A DNA stretch of 64,000 bases from an uncultured Thermoproteales archaeon (GCA_965368245.1 CBDUMD010000003.1:16735-80734), one strand, 5' to 3'; positions 1 through 9,192 are shown, counted from the stretch's first letter. Translations and numbers: made by a program. Notes: a model not told the origin generated them from the sequence alone.

Positions 1-418
1 CTATTTGAAGCGTGGCACGGCTCTCGTAGCCAGCTATACTCCGTGGATTTGGTTGATGATATATGGTTTGTCCATGGGAACCTATCAAATCTATGTCTTC
101 TATATCTATATTAGCTTCTTTCGCTATCTTGAGTGCAGCCTCTGCGAATATTTCCCCTAATATGAAGTTCATGAAGCATATTTCATCAACTGTACTTGTC
201 TTGGGATCGAATAGGGAGAAAATCTTCTCTCTCACTTCGCTCGGATAAGGGTAGGTTTTATACGCAAGAATCTTATACCGTGTGTTTACTCCACATCCTT
301 TTAATTCCACGAGAACCGCTGAAACACCGTCTGCAGAGGTGCCTGACATTAAGCCTATAACTAGCCTCCTATCCTTCCTCTTAACTTCTATTAGCCTTTC
401 AAGACCGTTCTTTGCCAT
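1..418 (-). CDS. AnmK-like (anhydro-N-acetylmuramic acid / levoglucosan kinase family) sugar kinase, N-terminal part; gene runs off the left window edge
   Basis: Absent from the ORF track because there is no stop inside the window. Reverse-strand ATG at 418-416 opens MAKNGLERLIEVKRKDRRLVIGLMSGTSADGVSAVLVELKG...IDLIGSHGQTIYHQP. This matches the GxMSGTSxDGxD loop and GxHGQT motif of AnmK as I recall them. The frame stays open to position 2. Confidence 0.7.
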   Translation of the reverse strand, partial: MAKNGLERLIEVKRKDRRLVIGLMSGTSADGVSAVLVELKGCGVNTRYKILAYKTYPYPSEVREKIFSLFDPKTSTVDEICFMNFILGEIFAEAALKIAKEANIDIEDIDLIGSHGQTIYHQPNPRSIAGYESRATLQI

Positions 419-507
419 AGGCTATATACGGTCAAATAATTTTTAAAGGTAAACCATTATAGGAGATATAAGTGCGGTGACCTTTTAATCAAAGGGGGGA
501 AGGAATC

Positions 508-2100
508 ATGAGAAAACTCATCCTGGTAAGTTCATCCATATTTACCGGAGAAAAACAGATTCGGGATGGAGGTATAGTGATTGAGGGGGATAAAGTAACA
601 TTTGTGGGGTCGAGGGAAGAAGCTTTAAGGAAAGCTAGAAGAGGGGATATTGTAGTTGATCTTAACGGATACACCGTTTTACCAGGGTTCCAGGATGCGC
701 ATCTACATTTACTCGGTTTGTCGCTTTCAGATAGGATTCTTGATCTACGCGACGTAGATTCAATAGATGTGCTTAAAGAGAAGGTTGCCGAGCAAGCAGA
801 GAAGCTGGGACCGGGAAAATGGATAGTGGGGAGGGGATGGGATCAGGAAAAGTTTATTGAAAAGAGGTATCCCACGAGAAGGGATCTGGACGATGCGGCT
901 CCAAGAAACCCGGTTTTATTAATCCGTGTATGTGGGCACATCGCTGTGGCAAATACCTTAGCCCTCAAAATCGCTGGAGTGTATGGGGGCTCGGCTGTAA
1001 AGGAGACTGGTGTTGAATTCGACGAAAACGGGGATCCTACAGGAGTGTTAAAGGAAAATGCTGTTGAACTGGTTGCCAAAGCGGTCCCGGAGCCTTCACT
1101 TAGTGAATTAGCTGAAATTTTAAAGAAGGGTATAGATAGGTTGCTTGCCGCGGGACTTACAACCATACATGCTATGTCTGTTACAGAAAAGGAGTTTAAA
1201 GCCCTCCAACTGCTACGGTCAAAGGGTCAGTTGAAGATAAAGGTTAGAGTTTACTTTGATCTAGAAGCTTGGAAACGCTTGAAGGATACCGACTTGCTCG
1301 TTAGCCCAGAAGACGATTTTATTAGGGTAATGGGGGTGAAGGTGTTTGCCGACGGAAGCCTTGGCGGTAGAACTGCTGCACTCCAGGAACCGTACAGCGA
1401 TAAACCCGATGTTAAAGGTGACCTACTAATGCCGAAAAAAGAACTTAGCGACCTCTTTAGACAAGCACTAAAGCACGGTTTCCAGGTAGCCGTGCACGCT
1501 ATAGGAGACAGGGCTATAAAGGAGGTTTTAGAGGCAGCCAGAGCTTCGGGTATAAGAGGAGATCTACTGCGGATAGAACACGTGTCTGTAGTGACCCCCA
1601 CTATTATAGAAGATATAAGAGATGTCTCCCCTTACCTTATAGTACAACCCCACTTTATATTAAGCGACTGGTGGATTGTAAGAAGGCTTGGAGAAGAAAG
1701 AAGCCGCTTTGCATACGCTTTTAAAAGCCTCTTAGCCGCCCGTGGGATTCTAGCTGCCTCCTCCGACGCACCGGTCGAACCATTTAACCCGTGGCTCGGC
1801 GTGTATGCGGCTGTACTTCGAGGAGAAAAAGAGAAAATAGAACTCTACAATTTTACTAGAGGCGAGAAGTTAAGTATCGATGAAGCAATAAAAATGTATA
1901 CTGTTTACCCCGCTATCGTGAGCAAGGATCAGACAGGCCTAATAAGTGAAGGCAGAAAAGCGGACATAATAGTGGTTAATGGAAACCCCTTTGAAGCATC
2001 GGGAGAGGAGCTACCAAAGATAAGGGTTTTGATGACCATCGTTAATGGAGAAATCGTTTACAACGCTCTAGAAAACCATTTATTTATAAAATACATGTAA
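508..2100 (+). CDS. metal-dependent amidohydrolase (amidohydrolase-3 / YtcJ-like family)
   Basis: 530-aa ORF. N-terminal beta-sandwich then GFQDAHLHLLG (HxH metal motif), later VHAIGD and HFILSD. C-terminal 'ADIIVVNGNP' is typical of the family. Confidence 0.75.
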   Translation: MRKLILVSSSIFTGEKQIRDGGIVIEGDKVTFVGSREEALRKARRGDIVVDLNGYTVLPGFQDAHLHLLGLSLSDRILDLRDVDSIDVLKEKVAEQAEKLGPGKWIVGRGWDQEKFIEKRYPTRRDLDDAAPRNPVLLIRVCGHIAVANTLALKIAGVYGGSAVKETGVEFDENGDPTGVLKENAVELVAKAVPEPSLSELAEILKKGIDRLLAAGLTTIHAMSVTEKEFKALQLLRSKGQLKIKVRVYFDLEAWKRLKDTDLLVSPEDDFIRVMGVKVFADGSLGGRTAALQEPYSDKPDVKGDLLMPKKELSDLFRQALKHGFQVAVHAIGDRAIKEVLEAARASGIRGDLLRIEHVSVVTPTIIEDIRDVSPYLIVQPHFILSDWWIVRRLGEERSRFAYAFKSLLAARGILAASSDAPVEPFNPWLGVYAAVLRGEKEKIELYNFTRGEKLSIDEAIKMYTVYPAIVSKDQTGLISEGRKADIIVVNGNPFEASGEELPKIRVLMTIVNGEIVYNALENHLFIKYM

Positions 2101-2121
2101 GATATTTGTTAACAGGTTGGC

Positions 2122-3072
2122 ATGAAGATAAGGAATGTAGTTAAAATAGGGAACTCCTACTATGTCTCGCTTCCCAAGTCTTGGGTTAAGGAGTTTCTGA
2201 GAAATAGCAGAGCAGTGTATGTTAACGTTTCACAGGAGGGTACCATAGAGATACGGCCACTCAATAAGGGAGAAGGTATGGTTTTACGAGAAATAAAATT
2301 GATTTTTTCACCCATAGATACTATTAGAAAGACTCTAGCCGCATACCTTAACGGTTACGATATAATTGAAATAGAGACAAAGGAAAAGGGATTTCCCAAA
2401 AAATTTCTTGAAGACCTAAATAGACTCTGCAACCTTCTTATAGGCTTAGAGATAATCGAGGAATCGAAGAAACGTATAATACTTCAATGCTTCAGCGATG
2501 CCGAACCGGAAATAACACCCCTCGTTCGAAGAATGGATAGCATCACTAGATCCATGTATAAGGACGCTCTTGAAGGATGGATAAACGGGCTATGGGAACT
2601 CGTAGAAGCCGTCGCACGAAAGGATGATAGTGTCGACAAGCTGTATTTCCTAGCTGTAAGGGGCATAAGAAAAGCCATAATGGATCCCATGAAACCTGGA
2701 GAAGAAAAAGTGAAGCTCCTAGATTTAAGATTGACGGTACAAAGCTTAGAGAGAGTTGGCGACGTTTCAGAAAAACTTGCACTAGATCTTCTGGAGAAAG
2801 GATACGGCTATAAGATCACCAAAAAGGAGGCCCAGCTAGTTAGAAAAATGGTTCATGAGCTTCATAAATACCAAAGAAAACTTGTTGATCTAACTTTAAT
2901 GCGCGAAAAAGAAGCTGGCTTGATAAAGGATCTCGATTCAAATGTCAAGGTTTCACTCGACAAACTAGGGGAAAAAGTGCTTGGAAAAACGTCTAAAACT
3001 TTGCGCATGGTTTTAGGTCATCTAAATGAAATATATGATATACTCACTGATTTAAGTGACTTAATAAGCTGA
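2122..3072 (+). CDS. PhoU-family phosphate-uptake regulator homolog with N-terminal AbrB/SpoVT domain
   Basis: N-terminus VVKIGNSYYVSLPKSWVKE (AbrB-like). Two helical repeats carry PhoU-type motifs DDSVDKLY and LERVGDVSEKLA. Confidence 0.65.
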   Translation: MKIRNVVKIGNSYYVSLPKSWVKEFLRNSRAVYVNVSQEGTIEIRPLNKGEGMVLREIKLIFSPIDTIRKTLAAYLNGYDIIEIETKEKGFPKKFLEDLNRLCNLLIGLEIIEESKKRIILQCFSDAEPEITPLVRRMDSITRSMYKDALEGWINGLWELVEAVARKDDSVDKLYFLAVRGIRKAIMDPMKPGEEKVKLLDLRLTVQSLERVGDVSEKLALDLLEKGYGYKITKKEAQLVRKMVHELHKYQRKLVDLTLMREKEAGLIKDLDSNVKVSLDKLGEKVLGKTSKTLRMVLGHLNEIYDILTDLSDLIS

Positions 3073-3089
3073 ACAGATTGATGGAAAAA

Positions 3090-3165
3090 GGTTTCAGGGC
3101 CCCGTGGCCGTGCCGGCAATCCCTCTCCGGGAGGGATTAAAGCCGGCGCATATTCATCAGGGTTT
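3090..3165 (-). ncRNA. candidate small structured RNA or terminator hairpin (GC-rich island with C/D-box-like motifs on the minus strand)
   Basis: GC-rich patch in AT-rich spacer. Hairpin at 3112-3147: GCCGGC/GCCGGC plus AATCCCTC/GAGGGATT around a 5-nt loop. On the minus strand it is flanked by CTGATGA (3160-3154) and CTGA (3097-3094). No canonical D'/C' boxes. Confidence 0.25.
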
Positions 3166-3341
3166 CCCCACCTTGTTTTACAATATATTGTCATTCCTCA
3201 ATATATAAAAATGTTTCCAAGGATTATTTCATAAATTATACCCAAATATCGTTTAAAACAAATAATACATATTTTACTCCGTTTGCCCTTTTAGGTAACG
3301 ATGTCAACTCAAATACTTGGACAAAACCGGTGATATCTGGG

Positions 3342-4928
3342 ATGTTATTTAAAAGGTTCGTTGAATTCCTTGAGCAGATAGAGTCTAGGAAAAGTAGAAC
3401 CGAGAAAGTAAATTTAATTGTAGATCTTCTTTTGAAGCTTAAACCAGAGGAGATAGCCCCAGCCGTTAGGCTAATGGTGGGCAGAATTTTCCCAGAATAT
3501 TCGGATCTGAGCCTAGATGCAGGATGGTCGTTGATTAGCAAGGCTTTAAAAACCACCCGAAGCGTAAACATGCTTCTTAAAAAGGAGCTCACAGTACTTG
3601 AAGTATACAATTTACTTGAGAAAGTAGCGCAAACCGTGGGTGAAGATTCTCGTCGGAGAAAACAAAGAATATTCGAAAGAATATTTGTGAATCTTGAGGA
3701 AAAAGAAATAGAATATTTGTTTAGAATGATATTTGGCGAACCAAGATTAGGGGCAAACGAGGGACTAGTACTAGAGGCTATAGCTAAGCTTGTTGATGTC
3801 GATGTAAGCAAGGTTAGAAAGGCCTACATGTTCATATCGGATATCGGCCACTTAGCCCATCTTGCCGTAAAAAAGGGAGCAAAGGGAATACTTAACGTAA
3901 ACCTTCAACTTTTCAGACCTGTGAAACCAATGCTTGCAGAAATGGCTCAGGATGTGAGAGAAGCTTTAAAGGAGTGCGGAGGAAGGGCATCCCTTGAATA
4001 CAAGTATGATGGAATAAGGTTGCAGGTTCATAAAAGGGGGAAGGACATCAAGCTCTTCACCCGTAGGTTGACTGATGTGACTGAAAGTCTCCCCGATGTA
4101 GTCAAGCTTGTAGAAGAAAAAGTCCACGCAGACGAGGTAGTATTAGATTCAGAGGCTATAAGCTTCAAAGAAGGAAAGCCAATAAGGTTCCAAGATTTAA
4201 TGCGGAGAATAAGGAGAAAACATGGTATAGAGAAATTAGCTAGAGAAATGCCTTTAACCCTAAAGGTTTTCGACATACTCTACATTGACGGAAAAGTTTT
4301 GGTAGATCTCCCCTATTCGAAACGATGGGAGATTATGACAAAAGTTGTAGACGACGACATCCTGATAGAAAGAATAGTGACAAATGATCTAGAGGAAGCA
4401 AGAAAATTCTTCAATGAAAGCGTAAAGATGGGTAATGAAGGACTAATGGTTAAGCGTATAGATAGCCCATATACTCCAGGTGTAAGAGGCAGGTATTGGT
4501 TTAAGGTGAAACCTTCAGAAACCTTAGATCTAGTCATAGTGGGGGCGGAGTGGGGGCACGGAAGGAGGAAGGGATGGCTGAGTGACTACTATCTTGCAGT
4601 CTTCGATGAAAAAACAAACAAGTTTATGGTAGTCGGTAAAACCTTTAAGGGTTTAAGCGATGAAGAGTTTAAAGAGATGACTAGGAAACTGCTTGCCATT
4701 AAGGTTAAGGAGGAGGGTTGGAGGGTCTGGGTGAGGCCGAAAATAGTTGTCGAAGTAGCGTTCAACGAGATACAGAAAAGTCCTAAATATAAATCAGGGT
4801 ATGCATTAAGGTTCGCCAGAATAGTTAGAATAAGATACGATAAAAGCCCTTATGAAGTAGCAACGCTAGAGACTCTTAGAAAAATCTATGAAAACCAGTT
4901 TAAAAGCAAGGCGAAAATAACTTCTTAG
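3342..4928 (+). CDS. lig: ATP-dependent DNA ligase
   Basis: Adenylation motif I EYKYDGIRLQVH. Also LDSEAI, EGLMVK, YWFKVKP and an OB-fold C-terminus. The track ORF starts at GTG 3330; ATG 3342 (MLFKRFVEFLEQIE) fits the usual ligase N-terminus better. Confidence 0.95.
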   Translation: MLFKRFVEFLEQIESRKSRTEKVNLIVDLLLKLKPEEIAPAVRLMVGRIFPEYSDLSLDAGWSLISKALKTTRSVNMLLKKELTVLEVYNLLEKVAQTVGEDSRRRKQRIFERIFVNLEEKEIEYLFRMIFGEPRLGANEGLVLEAIAKLVDVDVSKVRKAYMFISDIGHLAHLAVKKGAKGILNVNLQLFRPVKPMLAEMAQDVREALKECGGRASLEYKYDGIRLQVHKRGKDIKLFTRRLTDVTESLPDVVKLVEEKVHADEVVLDSEAISFKEGKPIRFQDLMRRIRRKHGIEKLAREMPLTLKVFDILYIDGKVLVDLPYSKRWEIMTKVVDDDILIERIVTNDLEEARKFFNESVKMGNEGLMVKRIDSPYTPGVRGRYWFKVKPSETLDLVIVGAEWGHGRRKGWLSDYYLAVFDEKTNKFMVVGKTFKGLSDEEFKEMTRKLLAIKVKEEGWRVWVRPKIVVEVAFNEIQKSPKYKSGYALRFARIVRIRYDKSPYEVATLETLRKIYENQFKSKAKITS

Positions 4929-6172
4929 TACACCCCTTCATCACAACCTTCTATAAAATGCTTTAAATCCGCTGACCGTGGAGGCCCGTGACTTAAAAGC
5001 CATTCTTTAACCTTTGAGGGACTCCTCAGCTTGCTAATTATATTTAAAACTTCATGGAACAACCCCCTAATATTTTCCTTTACTTCGGGGATGTAGTCTA
5101 AACTTGGAATAACTATGTCACGGTAATGGACTATGAGGTTTCGAGCTTCCTCGAAGCTTATTTTACCTTGAATATAGTGGCTTAAAATGTCCTCCAAGAA
5201 TTCCACAGCTTTTTTACTATCCCCCCGCAAATCCCTCTTCTTTAATTCTCTTGGATTTAAATTATATCTAAGGAGACTGACGGAGGTTTTTGGATACTGT
5301 TCTAAAACCCTTTTTATCTGTTCGTCGACGGGAGGAAGCTTACGAAATCTGCGAGGCGGGGAAGGCTTTGGATAGGCGCCAATAACCTTGTAGGCTTTGT
5401 AGGCTAATGCATCAGCTTCTCCTTCTATATACTTCTTCCAGTCCGGATTATGTCTAGGGGATGTAGGCGAAAGCCAGGATACATCAAAAGAATCGATCTC
5501 CTCTGGCCTAAAAGCTATACATGATATGTCGAGAAACCTATGTAAACTTAATGGAGCCGTAAACACTCTCTGAGGATCCATTAGATTTTCAACTTTAATT
5601 GAAACATTATCCTCTTTATTTATCGTAAACACCTTTTCCCTGATCTTCTTTAAAACATATTCGACAATCGAGTAAGACAAGTCTATCGGATGGATCTTAT
5701 CGTAGACCTCCTTTGAAAAAGCTTTCTCATGTATGTGTATGTGAAGACCCCGTCCAGACCATTTAAGGTAAACCGATCGATAAACACCCTCCTTCTCCAA
5801 GTAGTCTACAATAACCCTAGCAACCTTTAATGTGGTTTTCCACCACTCAAGTCGGCTATCTACATCCCACGTGGGTGTCCTAGCATATATATTATCTATA
5901 TAATTTAGAGCATCATCTTTCTCCTTTAGCTTTAGGTAGAGGCTTGCAGAGCCATAGAAGGTCCTAGGTTGCAGGAACTTAAACTTCTTCATGAAAAAGA
6001 GAAGGTCTCTAGTGCTCGTTATTACCAAGGGTTTTCCCTTATAGTACCTGAGGAGAACGGGAGACCCATTCTTCAATGTTTTTGTACAATGGATCGCGAC
6101 CCATCTATCCTTTAGGAAAGCTATGATCTCCTTTTGTACATCTAGCTTTGAATAGTATTTTAGGCAGTCCAT
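4925..6172 (-). CDS. archaeo-eukaryotic primase (AEP) superfamily protein, PriS-like catalytic core without zinc knuckle, plus helical C-terminal extension
   Basis: Ordered AEP motifs PTWDVDS (DxD), KWSGRGLHIHIH (SGxGxH) and DPQRVFTAPLSLH. PriS-like PRTFYGSASLY lies before motif I. No Cys cluster between motifs I and II. Confidence 0.6.
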   Translation of the reverse strand: MDCLKYYSKLDVQKEIIAFLKDRWVAIHCTKTLKNGSPVLLRYYKGKPLVITSTRDLLFFMKKFKFLQPRTFYGSASLYLKLKEKDDALNYIDNIYARTPTWDVDSRLEWWKTTLKVARVIVDYLEKEGVYRSVYLKWSGRGLHIHIHEKAFSKEVYDKIHPIDLSYSIVEYVLKKIREKVFTINKEDNVSIKVENLMDPQRVFTAPLSLHRFLDISCIAFRPEEIDSFDVSWLSPTSPRHNPDWKKYIEGEADALAYKAYKVIGAYPKPSPPRRFRKLPPVDEQIKRVLEQYPKTSVSLLRYNLNPRELKKRDLRGDSKKAVEFLEDILSHYIQGKISFEEARNLIVHYRDIVIPSLDYIPEVKENIRGLFHEVLNIISKLRSPSKVKEWLLSHGPPRSADLKHFIEGCDEGVY

Positions 6173-6451
6173 CGAAGAGACACTTCCATGAAGATAAATA
6201 CTAGAGGATAGATATCAGTACAACGTGTAAAATCCATGCGTGAAGTAAAAGTTATCTTTTCCAAAGATGCAAAAACAAAAACTCAAAAACAGGCAGGTAA
6301 AAATTCTTCAATAGTACATATTTTCCTGACGTATTCTGATATTTATTTTGATAAAAATCCTTAAAAAATAGTTTTAAAGGTATTTTGTTACCAATTCTTA
6401 TGAAGCAATAATAAATATATTATACTATTTAATATAGTATTTTGGTGGTTT

Positions 6452-7495
6452 GTAATTAGAATTAGTGATTCCGAGTATAAAATTATAAAGAATATTCCAA
6501 GAGCGTTACATTACACAAATGTAGCTGAGAATGCTGGCTTCACTGTAGCGTATGTAAGTGTCAAGATAAAGGATCTTCTAAAAAAGATTAAAATTTCATT
6601 TATTCCAAGCTACTGGAAAATGGGGCTAATACCGTCCTTTTTCCTATTTGAAGACCGTGGCTACGACTTAAAGGACTTCAAGAAACCTTATGTAACGACT
6701 ATAGGAAAAGTGTTAGGAGAAAAAGAGTATTTCTTCGTGAAAGCCACCATACCTCAGGAACATCTCGATGAATATGTTGGAATCTTTGGAGCTGAACCTG
6801 AGCTTGGTGAAATCGGGTTAATTGAATATTACTGGGAACCATACTCTCCTTTGACCATTCATAGACGAAATCACCTGGATGTAGACCTAAAGAACTTTAT
6901 AGAAGTTTTCGAGAAGGAGGCTTCTAAGCCCCAGATATTTACTATCACACAAAGGTTGCCCGTAGATGAAATTGATCTATATATTATTAAGGAGAAGATG
7001 AAAAACCCCTTCAAATCATTAACATCTATGGGGAAGATTATAAATCGATCCCAACAGCTAATATCCTACCACTTCCATAAACATGTTTATCCACTATGGG
7101 AACGTAATTCAATTATGATTTTCCAGAATTACTACCGGACACCACTATCCCTACATTTCCTTGAATTTTCCGATACAAAAAGTGCACGCGGTTTTGCAAA
7201 AACCCTTGCCTATCTACCATACACTCATATAGTGCTTCTTTCCACAAGTAGACCCTTCTTAATATATATAGGCACTATTCTACAGGAAAGGGCTTTGGAT
7301 TTAATGAGAATCATTTCACAGTTAAGAAAAAAGGATTATATTAGGTATTATAGGTTCATTGGTTATGTTGATCCCGATTATTTTAAAGAATACACAATAT
7401 CTTTTCGAGGGGTTTTAAGGGCAGGTGTTTGGAGCCTACCAGCTACTAAATCATTGGATGACGTTGCTGAGGAACTTTCATTCCCCCTAGTATAG
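6452..7495 (+). CDS. two-HTH putative transcription regulator, paralog 1 of 3 (start codon unresolved; first ATG is 6620)
   Basis: Track ORF is 6620..7495. The in-frame sequence upstream, open back to TGA 6401-6403, encodes ISDSEYKIIKNIPRALHYTNVAENAGFTVAYVSVKIKDLLKKIKISFIPSYWKMGLIP. This aligns with the N-terminal HTH of the paralogs at 42016-43047 and 58563-59651. Second HTH motif: LISYHFHKHV. Confidence 0.55.
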   Translation, partial: VIRISDSEYKIIKNIPRALHYTNVAENAGFTVAYVSVKIKDLLKKIKISFIPSYWKMGLIPSFFLFEDRGYDLKDFKKPYVTTIGKVLGEKEYFFVKATIPQEHLDEYVGIFGAEPELGEIGLIEYYWEPYSPLTIHRRNHLDVDLKNFIEVFEKEASKPQIFTITQRLPVDEIDLYIIKEKMKNPFKSLTSMGKIINRSQQLISYHFHKHVYPLWERNSIMIFQNYYRTPLSLHFLEFSDTKSARGFAKTLAYLPYTHIVLLSTSRPFLIYIGTILQERALDLMRIISQLRKKDYIRYYRFIGYVDPDYFKEYTISFRGVLRAGVWSLPATKSLDDVAEELSFPLV

Positions 7496-7500
7496 TTACC

Positions 7501-7968
7501 CTACCGGATATATTTTTTGAGGGCTTCTGCTACTTTAATGCCTCTGGGTGAAAGTATTATAACCCTGTAGTTTCTGGCTCTCTGTGTATCCTTATAGGTT
7601 TTCACCAGCCTTTTTTCCTCTAATCTGTATAGTGCGGTGTATTTTCGAGTACCGATTTCCTCAAGTAGCCTTCTTATAGGCTTAAAGCCGCCCAACAAGT
7701 TGACGAGTATCTTTGCTTCGGTCTTTGTTAGGTTTGATAGTTCCCTATCTACGTCCACTTCCACTGTTTCACCTAGTATCTTCAATGCTTCTTGTAGACC
7801 CTTGTAGCTTAGGAAGATCAAATCTCCTAAGGCCTCTTTTCTAATTTCTATCAGACCTTCATTAAGACAGGGTTCAATAAGGCTCTCATATTTTTCAGGC
7901 ATCTTATCTCTTAGATATGGACCACCCTTGTAGAGGTCGACAATAAAATCTTTTATTTTCTCATCCAT
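7501..7968 (-). CDS. hypothetical protein with C-terminal winged-helix DNA-binding domain
   Basis: 155-aa ORF. C-terminal YTALYRLEEKRLVKTYKDTQRARNYRVIILSPRGIKV resembles a PadR/MarR-type recognition helix plus wing. Confidence 0.45.
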   Translation of the reverse strand: MDEKIKDFIVDLYKGGPYLRDKMPEKYESLIEPCLNEGLIEIRKEALGDLIFLSYKGLQEALKILGETVEVDVDRELSNLTKTEAKILVNLLGGFKPIRRLLEEIGTRKYTALYRLEEKRLVKTYKDTQRARNYRVIILSPRGIKVAEALKKYIR

Positions 7969-8044
7969 ATTGATATTACACCTCCATTTATATGTTCACC
8001 TTAAGCGCTATTTAAAGCTTTTTTTAACATTTTGGAAAAGATAG

Positions 8045-8060
8045 GTTTCACATGTGAAAC
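8045..8060. promoter_or_regulatory. perfect 16-bp palindrome GTTTCACATGTGAAAC (operator or terminator hairpin)
   Basis: Read directly from the sequence. Lies between the stop of the methyltransferase (8140) and the start of the wHTH gene (7968), both on the minus strand. Confidence 0.4.
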
Positions 8061-8139
8061 ATTGTAAAAAACATAGATATTACTAGAAAAATATATTTCG
8101 ATCAGTTAAAAAATTTTTCATATTGGCAAAATGTTATAT

Positions 8140-8904
8140 TTACGGTGATAGCACCAGCAAAAAATTCCGCGGAAACACCAAGTATTCACGGCCGAAAACT
8201 TCTATTAAATTTATACTGAAACCCACCTTGTTCACAATATTCCTGATTTCACCGGATGTAAATAGATGGTAGAAACGTAGAATAGTCTTCCCCCTTTTTC
8301 TCCAAGGTATTAGGACATCCCCGAAGTCTCTACATATATTTGAATGAAATAGTTTACACTTGAGGGCTTTTAACATCATTCGGGGTTGAAGGAGGGACCA
8401 AACCGTTAAAATGGCTACGGCGTTGGGTTTCAATAGTCTTTTGATCTCCCTTAAAGCTTCTAGTCTCCGTACACTCCCCGGAATATTATGTAATACAGCT
8501 ATGCAAAGAATTCCGTTAAAAGCATTTGCCCTAAAAGGCATTAAAACAACGCTTCCCTGGACCGGATTCAGTCTACTTGTTAACAGCCTCCTTTTAGCAG
8601 CATCCCTATATTTTTTGAGCATTGAAATCGATATGTCAAGTGCAACAACCTCTCTTCCGTTTTCCAGTAAAAAAATGGAATGTCTTCCGCTGCCGCAACC
8701 AGCATCAAGTATAGGATCTCTACGGAAAACACGTAGTGCCAAGTTTTTAATCCTGCCCCATGGTCTGCTACGCCAATGCTGGTAACCTTCTGCTATCTCA
8801 TCAAATGCCTCAATAACAAACTTCTCTTCTATCGTTCTCCACGATGAATACTCATCGAACATAACATCACTTCTTGAATAACTTTTCCTATTCACTAAGT
8901 ACAC
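8140..8904 (-). CDS. class I SAM-dependent methyltransferase
   Basis: Motif I ILDAGCGSGRHS, then VVALDIS and a later NAFNGILCIAVLHNI. The likely true start is the internal Met at 8862 (MFDEYSSW). Confidence 0.75.
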   Translation of the reverse strand: MYLVNRKSYSRSDVMFDEYSSWRTIEEKFVIEAFDEIAEGYQHWRSRPWGRIKNLALRVFRRDPILDAGCGSGRHSIFLLENGREVVALDISISMLKKYRDAAKRRLLTSRLNPVQGSVVLMPFRANAFNGILCIAVLHNIPGSVRRLEALREIKRLLKPNAVAILTVWSLLQPRMMLKALKCKLFHSNICRDFGDVLIPWRKRGKTILRFYHLFTSGEIRNIVNKVGFSINLIEVFGREYLVFPRNFLLVLSP

Positions 8905-9192
8905 TAGTTAACTATTCGTTCAGTTTAATTAAAACACCTCTGCCCATAAACCTAAGCTCAATCACTTGTATTCTTTATCTGAAAATACAATATTTTCAAA
9001 TCAATGGTTTCATTGAAAACAGGCTTAAATTTTATTTTTTAACTATATTTTGAGGCATATGAATACGTTGTTTTTCCTAAAGGTTCTTTAATTTTTGTCT
9101 TTTAATTAAATGTCTTACATTAAAGTTAAGCAGGTTAAATAGTTAATATTTTAGTACTGTACCTTAAAACTTTTAAAGGTAGGGGGCTAGTA

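Noticed and set aside
3236-3811. 191-aa minus-strand ORF, plus many similar track ORFs (e.g. 843-1166, 10963-11397, 25826-26353, 37038-37505, 44304-44780, 45429-45947, 56364-56714)
   Set aside because: These are shadow ORFs antisense to strongly supported genes. Their Ser/Leu/Phe-rich low-complexity translations are what the reverse complement of K/E-rich coding sequence produces. None has a recognisable motif or its own SD.
3330-6172. Ligase plus AEP adjacency as an archaeal NHEJ (LigD-like) module
   Set aside because: The ligase looks like the ordinary replicative Lig1-type enzyme. The two genes are convergent rather than co-transcribed. No Ku or phosphoesterase gene is present in the window.
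6173-6619. Long AT-rich spacer next to a primase-like gene as a replication origin
   Set aside because: I found no ORB/mini-ORB-like repeated elements and no flanking cdc6/orc1 or whiP gene. Part of the spacer is actually in-frame coding-like sequence for the regulator paralog.
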